Shown here: positions 26,933 through 34,832 of the stretch, one piece after another
Layout: each line of letters opens with the position of its first letter
Position numbering within the stretch: position 1 is the stretch's first letter
From: an uncultured bacterium
GTDB lineage: Bacteria > Patescibacteriota > Microgenomatia > UBA1400 > UBA12108
DNA: 64,000 nucleotides
Reading direction: 5' to 3'
Assembly: GCA_903945195.1 (NCBI GenBank)
Contig: CAJAUT010000006.1
Location: 493 to 64,492 of the forward strand
Translations under genes and position numbers: made by a program
Notes under the pieces: model-generated
Seen by the model: the letters and a program-made list of their open reading frames with translations, nothing else
Told to the model about the DNA's origin: nothing
Database searches by the model: none

Positions 26933-26960
26933 GGTTCAAAATAAAAATCGTCCTCGGCAC
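26933..26960 (+). repeat. attR-like site of the tRNA-Leu(TAG) island
   Basis: GGTTCAAAATAAAAATCGTCCTCGGCAC. Confidence 0.85.
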
Positions 26961-26963
26961 AAA

Positions 26964-27000
26964 ATAATTCCCTCCCATGTATTACATGAAAGGGAATTAT
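26964..27000. terminator. Hairpin directly after attR (possibly the displaced tRNA terminator)
   Basis: ATAATTCCCT..CATGT-ATT-ACATG..AGGGAATTAT. Confidence 0.55.
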
Positions 27001-27018
27001 CTATATTTAACTTTAAGA

Positions 27019-27648
27019 TTACTGTACTTCTAGTCTTGTACCACTTACCAAACTAGATCCAGTAGTGGATGTTCCTTGCCATTTGACAATCTTCCCAACA
27101 GCAATAGATCCAGAAATAAGTTTAATTTTTGTCTCTGCTGAAATTAGCAGTTTAGTATTACCTACTAATAAGTAGTCAACATTAAACTCTACTATTTTAC
27201 CTTCTCCCTTATATTTCACCGCAACTGCACTAGGTGCAGGAGTTGGCGTAGGAGATGGCGACACTACGGCTGGGTTTACATTTACTTGTGCACCTCCCTG
27301 TACCAATAGGGCACCAGATGCATCATAGCAATCTATTTCATAGTTATACCCTGTAACTACAGTAGGATAAGGAGCTACAGCTAGATCTGTTCCTGCCAAG
27401 CCACCAAGGACTTCACCAGCACCCCATACTCCCCATTTTTTACAATACGCCACATTATTCGCGCTCCATGTAATATTTAAGGTATCACCTGCATTTGCGG
27501 TAACAATTGAAGACGCTCCATCGATTCCGTTTACAAAATATGAAACACTTGGAGAAAGATCTGTAGTAATGGCTGATACATGCCTAACACCTTTAATACC
27601 AATTATCGAAACAGCTGCTAAGAACACAGCAACTACTAATTTTTTCAT
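27019..27648 (-). CDS. Secreted hypothetical protein with Pro/Thr linker
   Basis: MKKLVVAVFL signal peptide; SPSPTPTPAPS linker. Confidence 0.7.
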   Translation of the reverse strand: MKKLVVAVFLAAVSIIGIKGVRHVSAITTDLSPSVSYFVNGIDGASSIVTANAGDTLNITWSANNVAYCKKWGVWGAGEVLGGLAGTDLAVAPYPTVVTGYNYEIDCYDASGALLVQGGAQVNVNPAVVSPSPTPTPAPSAVAVKYKGEGKIVEFNVDYLLVGNTKLLISAETKIKLISGSIAVGKIVKWQGTSTTGSSLVSGTRLEVQ

Positions 27649-27735
27649 ACATTTTCCTCTATAAATAAATAATATATATAAATGTAGCCGTAACAAAGCT
27701 AAATTTATTACACATCATGTTATAATTCAGCAAAT

Positions 27736-28536
27736 ATGACAAAAATCACTCAAAAACCAGATGGTACAGTCTCATTTGAGATGGTCATCCCCAAAGAAAC
27801 TATTGCTAAAGAATACGAACATGCACTTGCAGAAGTAGTCAAAACCGCCAGCATCAAAGGCTTCCGTCCAGGCAAAGCCCCAGCCAAGATGGTAGAAGCC
27901 CAGACAGACAGGTCCAGATTGCTCTCTCATGTCTTAAACCACGTTTTATCACCTGCCTACTCAGAAGTGATCCATGAACACAAGCTAGTACCCCTCATAG
28001 ACCCCCACGTGAACCCCAAAAGCATGGAAGATGGTAAAGATTGGGTTATGGACGTGACCGTAGCCATAGCCCCTACAATTGATCTGGGAGACTACGAGAA
28101 GTATGTCCAGACGGGATTAAAGAAATTTAAACCCAAAAAAGACGCCAAACCAGAGGAGGTCAAAGACGAAAAGCTCAATACCATATTTGACTTACTCCTA
28201 GACAAAGCCAAGATAGAGGTGGCACCAGTCTTAGTTGACGAAGAAACCAGATCCGCCCTAGAGCGTCTAGCCAAACAGCTTAGTTCCCTAAAGCTTAGTA
28301 TCGAAGACTACGCCAAGTCCATCAAGAAATCTACCGATGATCTGGTAAATGAATACAAAAAATCAGCAGTTTCCAATCTAAGACTCGAGTTTATCCTCCA
28401 AAAACTAATTGAACTCAAAAAACCAGAAGTCACAGAAGCCGAAGTGGCAGAGCTCAAACCTCAAAAAGGGCAGGAGTCATACGCCAAATACGTCATCCAA
28501 AAACGCAAGGTACTTGACATCCTAGCCGCATTATAG
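27736..28536 (+). CDS. tig: Trigger factor (short form, apparently lacking the PPIase domain)
   Basis: IKGFRPGKAP ribosome-binding motif; 266 aa. Confidence 0.9.
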   Translation: MTKITQKPDGTVSFEMVIPKETIAKEYEHALAEVVKTASIKGFRPGKAPAKMVEAQTDRSRLLSHVLNHVLSPAYSEVIHEHKLVPLIDPHVNPKSMEDGKDWVMDVTVAIAPTIDLGDYEKYVQTGLKKFKPKKDAKPEEVKDEKLNTIFDLLLDKAKIEVAPVLVDEETRSALERLAKQLSSLKLSIEDYAKSIKKSTDDLVNEYKKSAVSNLRLEFILQKLIELKKPEVTEAEVAELKPQKGQESYAKYVIQKRKVLDILAAL

Positions 28537-28565
28537 GATACTCCGTGTGTAAGTAGGATACACAT

Positions 28566-29240
28566 ATGACAAACGATCCATTCAAAAACTTTAAACCACT
28601 AAACTCCAAGCCTGCTCAAAAGCAGACTTCTAAAACCACCAACAACAATAGTTTTGTCGAATCCATGCGCGACATGGGTGGCTCAGTCATGAAATCACTC
28701 AAAAATGATGTAGTTAAAGGGACCGCTCAAAGTATCTTTGATCAACTCCTAGGCAGTGCTTCTACAGGTCGTATGCCTACTACTCCAGACCAAGCTATCA
28801 ATCCAGATCTAGAAAAATACATTACTGAGCGCGAAAATGCCGCCGCTGAAGAAGCCAAGATGCAAGAGCGTGCTCGCCACGCTCCTTCGCACCTAGAAAA
28901 CAAAGTTCTTTTCTCCTATGCCGACGAAAGTCTCAAAAAAGAAATCGATGGTGTCCGACAAGAGCTACAGATGCTCGTAGCTACCATGGGCAAAGTCGAA
29001 AACCAAATTGAGCAAGCCATGATGGACAACATCGTGGGTGGGGGAGTCTATCACCTCAATTACTTCCAAAAACTCAAAACCTGGATCAAGTTTATGCGCA
29101 AGAGTCTCGAAGACAGCTCTGCCTGGCTTCAAATGTCCTCAAACCGCAAAGGTAAAGGCTATTTCTGGACCCAGACAGCCGCCCAAGGCAATAAATACTC
29201 ACAGTCCTCCGAGCGCAACGTCCAAATGGGTGCCGGTTAA
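28566..29240 (+). CDS. Hypothetical protein
   Basis: Long ORF between tig and tRNA-Val. Confidence 0.7.
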   Translation: MTNDPFKNFKPLNSKPAQKQTSKTTNNNSFVESMRDMGGSVMKSLKNDVVKGTAQSIFDQLLGSASTGRMPTTPDQAINPDLEKYITERENAAAEEAKMQERARHAPSHLENKVLFSYADESLKKEIDGVRQELQMLVATMGKVENQIEQAMMDNIVGGGVYHLNYFQKLKTWIKFMRKSLEDSSAWLQMSSNRKGKGYFWTQTAAQGNKYSQSSERNVQMGAG

Positions 29241-29283
29241 GAATAACTTTTCAATAATTTTCTGTTAAAATACACTTTGTCCA

Positions 29284-29357
29284 GGGCGGTTAGCTCAGTT
29301 GGTACGAGCGCTACATTGACATTGTAGAGGTCGCGAGTTCGATCCTTGCACCGCCCA
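29284..29357 (+). tRNA. tRNA-Val (GAC)
   Basis: GGGCGGT...CTACA TT GAC AT TGTAG...GAGTTCGATCCTTGC ACCGCCC A. Confidence 0.93.
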
Positions 29358-29360
29358 CTT

Positions 29361-31148
29361 ATGGCACAACATACACCAGATCAGCTCTTAGCCATGCGCC
29401 ACAGTGCCGAACACGTCTTGCACCAAGCGATGAAAGAACTCTACCCACGTATCCATCTTGCCATGGGACCTGCAACAGATGAAGGATACTACTTTGATTT
29501 TGACGCTACCCCAGATGGTAGAGAACCAGTTACCGTAACTGCAGCCAACTTTGGCAAGATCGAAAAACGCATGGGAGAGATCATCAAAAAAAATCTCCCT
29601 ATCACCAGGCATGAAATCGATATCGCTGAGGCTCGCACACTATTTGCTGACAATCCATACAAACTAGAATGGTTGGATGCGATCGAGGGTAAAGGTGAAA
29701 AAGCCACAGTCTACTGGACAGGTGAACCAAACAAGCTAGGGTCTATGGTAGATCTCTGCAAAGGTCCTCACGTTGCAAGTACTGGAGAGATCAAAGCATT
29801 CAAACTCCTTTCCATAGCTGGTGCCTATTGGCGAGGCGACGAGAAAAACAAAATGCTTACTCGCATCTATGGCACTGCTTTTTATTGCCAAGAAGATCTC
29901 GATACCTATGTGAATCAGCTCGCCGAAGCCAAGAAACGTGACCACCGCAAACTCGGAGTCGAGTTAGATCTATTTGCTTTCTCAGATTTAGTAGGCAAAG
30001 GCCTCCCTATGCTTACTCCAAAAGGGGCCACCATCAGACGCGAACTAGAACGCTTCGTGGTCGACGAAGAGATAAAGAGAGGCTATCAACATGTAGTTAC
30101 CCCACCTCTAGCCAAAGTAGATCTTTATAGAAAGAGCGGCCACTACCCATACTACAAAGACACAATGTATCCGCCCATGATTGTCGACGAAGACGAGCTC
30201 ATCCTACGTCCCATGACCTGTCCTCATCATTTCCAGCTATATGACTCTCGTCCACGAAGCTACAAAGAGCTGCCTGTACGCTACGCCGAACTAGCTGATC
30301 TCTTTAGATATGAAAAAAGTGGTGAACTTTCAGGCTTGATGCGTGTCCGCATGTTCTGTCTCGCCGACGCCCACATCATCGCAACTCGTGATCAAGCCAC
30401 AGATGAAATAAACGGGGTATTAGATTTGATCGAGTACATCAACCAGATTTTTGGTATGGTCAAAGGTGTAGATTTCCGCTATCGTCTCTCTCTTGGCAAG
30501 CGCGAAGATACCAAAAAATATTTTAAAGATGATGCTGCTTGGGACCACGCAGAAGAAATCCTTCGAAACGTGCTCAAATCCAGAGAAGCTCCATTTTACG
30601 AGGCAGAAGACGAAGCTGCTTTCTATGGTCCAAAGATCGACGTCCAAGTCAAAAATGCTTTAGGCAAAGAAGAAACTGCCTTTACCTGCCAGTACGACTT
30701 TGTCATGCCCAAGAGGTTTGAGCTTAGCTATATAGATTCAACAGGTGCCAAACAAGAGCCTATCGTCATCCATCGCAGTAGCGTAGGAGCATTTGAGCGC
30801 ACCATGGCTTTTCTAATCGAACATTATGCCGGCGCTTTCCCAGTCTGGTTATCTCCTATCCAAGTAACTCTTCTACCTATCTCTGAGCACGAGCTAGAAT
30901 ACGTCAAGACTATCGCTACTGCCCTGAAAAAAGAGGGAATTAGGGTAGAGATCGACGAATCAGCAAATACTTTAGGCAAAAAGATGGTCCGCGCTCGCGA
31001 CCAAAAAGTGCCCTACATGGCTATCATGGGCAAACAAGAAGTAGAAAACAAAACCATCACCCTAAAAAATAGAGCAGGTGAGCAGATCACTCTAAATCTC
31101 GACGAAACTATAGCCAAAATCAAACAGGAAATCATAAGTAAGCTATAA
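29361..31148 (+). CDS. thrS: Threonine--tRNA ligase
   Basis: MRHSAEH, DLCKGPH, RDHRKLG, PMTCP, FYGPKID; start moved to the ATG after the tRNA. Confidence 0.97.
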   Translation: MAQHTPDQLLAMRHSAEHVLHQAMKELYPRIHLAMGPATDEGYYFDFDATPDGREPVTVTAANFGKIEKRMGEIIKKNLPITRHEIDIAEARTLFADNPYKLEWLDAIEGKGEKATVYWTGEPNKLGSMVDLCKGPHVASTGEIKAFKLLSIAGAYWRGDEKNKMLTRIYGTAFYCQEDLDTYVNQLAEAKKRDHRKLGVELDLFAFSDLVGKGLPMLTPKGATIRRELERFVVDEEIKRGYQHVVTPPLAKVDLYRKSGHYPYYKDTMYPPMIVDEDELILRPMTCPHHFQLYDSRPRSYKELPVRYAELADLFRYEKSGELSGLMRVRMFCLADAHIIATRDQATDEINGVLDLIEYINQIFGMVKGVDFRYRLSLGKREDTKKYFKDDAAWDHAEEILRNVLKSREAPFYEAEDEAAFYGPKIDVQVKNALGKEETAFTCQYDFVMPKRFELSYIDSTGAKQEPIVIHRSSVGAFERTMAFLIEHYAGAFPVWLSPIQVTLLPISEHELEYVKTIATALKKEGIRVEIDESANTLGKKMVRARDQKVPYMAIMGKQEVENKTITLKNRAGEQITLNLDETIAKIKQEIISKL

Positions 31149-31155
31149 TAACCTC

Positions 31156-31671
31156 ATGAAATTTACGGCAATCAATCAATTTATCAAAGCAGCAGAGCTC
31201 CGCGTTGTGGACGAAACCGGTAAACAGATCGGGATCATGTCTCGCATCGAAGCTCTAAATATCGCCCACGACAGAGGCGTAGATCTGGTAGAAATCGCTC
31301 CTATGGCAAAGCCTCCTGTCGCCAAAGTCATCGATTTTAAAAAATTCAAATATGTAGAAGCCAAAAAAGAACGCGATGCAAAGTCCGCTAGCGGTAAAGT
31401 AGAGATTAAAGAAATTCGATTCTCACCCTTTATCGGGACTGGAGATATGGATACAAGACTCGAGAGGATCAAGGATATTTTAGGGGATGGCGACAGAGTC
31501 AAGATTGTGGTAAAATTCTCAGGTCGCCAAATTACAAAGGTCGAGTTTGGACATGATTTAATCAAAAAAATTATGTCCGCACTTGAGGGTATAGCTACTT
31601 CTGATGGAACTCCCAAGCTCCAGGGTAAGCAGCTATTTCTTATTTTAAACCCGACAAAAAAGAAAGCTTAA
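31156..31671 (+). CDS. infC: Translation initiation factor IF-3
   Basis: DLVEIAP..KPPVAK, KEIRF; synteny. Confidence 0.95.
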   Translation: MKFTAINQFIKAAELRVVDETGKQIGIMSRIEALNIAHDRGVDLVEIAPMAKPPVAKVIDFKKFKYVEAKKERDAKSASGKVEIKEIRFSPFIGTGDMDTRLERIKDILGDGDRVKIVVKFSGRQITKVEFGHDLIKKIMSALEGIATSDGTPKLQGKQLFLILNPTKKKA

Positions 31672-31673
31672 AT

Positions 31674-31877
31674 ATGAAATCAACCAAAAGACGCAGCAAG
31701 CGATCACTTACTAGACGTGTCAAAGTGACAGCTACCGGTAAAGTTATCCGCCGCACTCAAAACATGCGTCATCGCAGAGCTCACAAAGGCAAAGCTCAAA
31801 TTCGTCGTATGAAAGCAGTCAAATTCCTCACGGGTGGAACCGCACGTCGCATTAAAAAAATACTAGGATTAATCTAA
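31674..31877 (+). CDS. rpmI: 50S ribosomal protein L35
   Basis: RRVKVTATGKV; synteny. Confidence 0.9.
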   Translation: MKSTKRRSKRSLTRRVKVTATGKVIRRTQNMRHRRAHKGKAQIRRMKAVKFLTGGTARRIKKILGLI

Positions 31878-31881
31878 ACAT

Positions 31882-32235
31882 ATGAGTAGAGTCACAAACG
31901 GTCCAGCCAAAAGAGCACGCCACAAAGCAGTCCTAAATCGTACCAAAGGTTTCCGCATGTCCAAGCATCGCCTCTGGAAAGTGGCCCACGAAGCCTATCT
32001 CCACGCTCTTGACTACTCCTTCCAAGGTCGCAAAGATCGCAAAAGTAACTTCCGCACACTCTGGATTGTCCGTATCAATGCCGCTCTACGCGCACTTGAC
32101 GCCACTTTCACTTATGGCCGCTTCATCAATGCCATGACTAAAAAGAATGTCATCCTAGATCGCAAGATCCTAGCTGACATGGCAGTAACAGATCCAGACA
32201 CCTTTGCCAAAGTCGTCAAACAAATCAATGGTTAA
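31882..32235 (+). CDS. rplT: 50S ribosomal protein L20
   Basis: MSRV, FRTLWIVRINAA, LDRKILAD. Confidence 0.96.
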   Translation: MSRVTNGPAKRARHKAVLNRTKGFRMSKHRLWKVAHEAYLHALDYSFQGRKDRKSNFRTLWIVRINAALRALDATFTYGRFINAMTKKNVILDRKILADMAVTDPDTFAKVVKQING

Positions 32236-32408
32236 TTTTGCCCCCGTGCCCCTAGCGTAGTCTACCGACAAAGTGGGGCTTGCGTTTCATAGACTCATAG
32301 TGTATAGTTCCAATTTGCGAGAAGCAACCATCCGCACATTCCCACTAATAAGGGTTTGCTGACTGGAAGGTTGCTTTTGGCGTATCTAGGGGGTATATTG
32401 AAAACTAT

Positions 32409-32702
32409 ATGACACCTAAAAATCTAACTTCAGATCAAAAATTAGACTTACTACTTGAGAAGGTCTCCACGCTGGACTCCAAGGTCTCCACACTCGATTC
32501 GAAGGTCGAAGCGCTTACAATCACAGTCAATCGTATTGATATAAATGTTAAAGAGATCATTGCAACCCTCGCCGAAATTGCCTTACTCGCTGGAGAAACA
32601 GCTGATCGCGTCACCAAACTTGAAAATAAAAGCTCACCAGCCTCGACTAGCTCGAGTCTAGGCGGGTTTACCCCCTTTAAAAGCGGGGCGTTTGTAGCGT
32701 AA
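32409..32702 (+). CDS. Hypothetical coiled-coil protein
   Basis: KVSTLDS heptad repeated. Confidence 0.6.
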   Translation: MTPKNLTSDQKLDLLLEKVSTLDSKVSTLDSKVEALTITVNRIDINVKEIIATLAEIALLAGETADRVTKLENKSSPASTSSSLGGFTPFKSGAFVA

Positions 32703-32792
32703 ACTTTTCAAAGATTTTTACCCAAACCACCCCGCAAAGCAGCGGGGTATTTTTTTGCCCCGCAATTACAAACATATAAATTTAAGGAAACT

Positions 32793-33032
32793 ATGAAAGA
32801 AAAAAGATTAATAATAATTAATAATACAGTCACACCAGACTCGAACGGGAATGACTTAGAAAAACTATCTGCACTACTAAATGAAGGAGTTGTGCCATCA
32901 GCCTCTGGAAATCTAGTATCACGTATAGCTCACGCATTGTCCAGGGTGATATCTGCAGAAGAAGCAGTACATAGAGCAACTCATCCTGGCGTAGATCATA
33001 GCGAAAGACCACTAAGTAAACCATTATCATGA
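32793..33032 (+). CDS. Hypothetical protein
   Basis: AAGGA RBS before ATG. Confidence 0.45.
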   Translation: MKEKRLIIINNTVTPDSNGNDLEKLSALLNEGVVPSASGNLVSRIAHALSRVISAEEAVHRATHPGVDHSERPLSKPLS

Positions 33033-33047
33033 TGTTACAATAATCTT

Positions 33048-34832
33048 ATGACAGAAGCATTGTATTTATCAGACTCCTACCAAACTACCGCCACTGCTCA
33101 GGTGGTAGAGGTAGGAAGTAACTATCTAATCCTCAATCAAACAGTTTTTTACCCCCAAGGTGGCGGTCAGCTATCAGATAAAGGTACTATCAAATCTATA
33201 TCTGCGGAGCTACATGTCAAATCTGTCGAATACAATGGTGGAGAGATCAAACATGTTGGTACATTTAACGGACAGTTTACAGTAGGGGACAAAGTAACTC
33301 TGGAGATCGACTGGCCACTCCGCCTCAAAAATATGCAGCTACACACTGCGGGACATTTAGTAGATTTAATCGTCAGACAGATATATCCTACTCTCGTCCC
33401 AATTCGCGGTATGCACGGCATAGGTAAGAAACTCTTTGTAGAATACGAGGGAATTCATGATCTAGATCTAACCAAGTTAAATTCTGAGCTCACAACCCTA
33501 GTCGTTTTAAAACCCTCCATCAAAACCCAATTCGTCACACTAGAAGAACTAAAAACCATGTCCAATTGGATCCCAGAAAAACTCCCAACCAGCAAAAAAC
33601 TACGAGTACTGAGTATTGGAGATACTTATCACGTCCCAGATGGAGGCACTCAACTAAAATCTGGAGAGGCTATCTGGCCGATCACAGTAGGTATGGTAGA
33701 GCACGCTGAAAATTCTACTTTGATTCATTATCTAGTCGCAGAGCCATTATCTAAACCAGTCATAATAGAAAAGTTCGATGGTTCGAACCTGCCTCGCGTC
33801 AAGGCGGGCCATCGAACCGCCTCACCTACAGATATCGATAGCTCGATATCGCAATCAGGCACTACTTTTGCAAACGATCTAGATACGGTCAAATCTTCTT
33901 CAGATCTAGACGCTCTTTACCTCAAATACTTCGGCAAGAAGGGTATCACCACAGAGCTACTAAAGAGCCTGCAAGGCCTGGCCTTGCAGGACAAAAAGAC
34001 CTACGGTCCAGTCTTAAACGAACTGAAAAAATCCCAGGAATCTCAAATCGAACAAAAGAAAAAAGACCTTTCACTTCTCACATCCCATTTCTCGATTGAT
34101 TTAACTATTCCAGGTCACGTCAAACCCATCGGTCGCCTCCACCCCACAACCGAGATCATCCGCGAGATGAACCAGTTTTTCACGCGCCAAGGATTTTCTA
34201 TCGGCGAAGGACCAGAAATCGAAGATATCGAGTACAACTTCCGCCGTCTCAATCTGCCAGAAGGTCATCCCGCCACAGACTTGCAGGACTCTCTATTTAT
34301 CGAAGAACCAAATCTACTCATGCGCACCCACACTTCTTCAGTCGAGACTCGCATGCTTAGTGACCACAAGCCACCCATGCGAGTCGTAGTTCCAGGTAAA
34401 TGTTATCGCAACGAAACCACTAGTCTCACCAATGCCGCCTTCTTCTACCAGTACCAAGGGTTTGTAGTAGACAAAGGTATTACCATCGGGCATCTTAAAG
34501 ATACCCTCACCAAATTCCACCAGTTTTTATTTGGTGATGATGTTGTACTTCGTTTCCGCTACAAATATTACCCCGAAGTTAGCCCTGGAATGGGTGTGGA
34601 CATGCAGTGTCAATTTTGCAATGGATCTGGTTGCAAAATCTGCAAATTCCGCGGTTTTGTCGAGGTACTAGGGTCAGGCATGATTCACTACAATACTTTA
34701 AAAGCATGTGGTATTGATCCAGAAATCTATTCAGGTTTTGCCTTTGGCATGGGACTAGATCGTTTAGTCATGTCCAAATACGGCATTACAGACATTCGCA
34801 AACTCTACGGAGGTGAAATAGCATATCTATGA
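33048..34832 (+). CDS. pheS: Phenylalanine--tRNA ligase alpha subunit with N-terminal AlaX-like editing domain
   Basis: LYLSDSY, FYPQGGGQ, MQLHTAGH; then GRLHP, MRTHTS, PGKCYR, GFAFGMGLDRL. Confidence 0.93.
   Translation: MTEALYLSDSYQTTATAQVVEVGSNYLILNQTVFYPQGGGQLSDKGTIKSISAELHVKSVEYNGGEIKHVGTFNGQFTVGDKVTLEIDWPLRLKNMQLHTAGHLVDLIVRQIYPTLVPIRGMHGIGKKLFVEYEGIHDLDLTKLNSELTTLVVLKPSIKTQFVTLEELKTMSNWIPEKLPTSKKLRVLSIGDTYHVPDGGTQLKSGEAIWPITVGMVEHAENSTLIHYLVAEPLSKPVIIEKFDGSNLPRVKAGHRTASPTDIDSSISQSGTTFANDLDTVKSSSDLDALYLKYFGKKGITTELLKSLQGLALQDKKTYGPVLNELKKSQESQIEQKKKDLSLLTSHFSIDLTIPGHVKPIGRLHPTTEIIREMNQFFTRQGFSIGEGPEIEDIEYNFRRLNLPEGHPATDLQDSLFIEEPNLLMRTHTSSVETRMLSDHKPPMRVVVPGKCYRNETTSLTNAAFFYQYQGFVVDKGITIGHLKDTLTKFHQFLFGDDVVLRFRYKYYPEVSPGMGVDMQCQFCNGSGCKICKFRGFVEVLGSGMIHYNTLKACGIDPEIYSGFAFGMGLDRLVMSKYGITDIRKLYGGEIAYL

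Larger units (their letters stand above)
22010..26960. mobile_element. ~4.95-kb island at the tRNA-Leu(TAG) 3' end
   Basis: TCCTCGGCAC repeated at 26951-26960 with upstream GGTTCAA; internal similar site 25205-25232. Confidence 0.8.

Noticed and set aside
29346-29360. thrS start at TTG 29346
   Set aside because: It lies inside tRNA-Val; ATG 29361 is more plausible.
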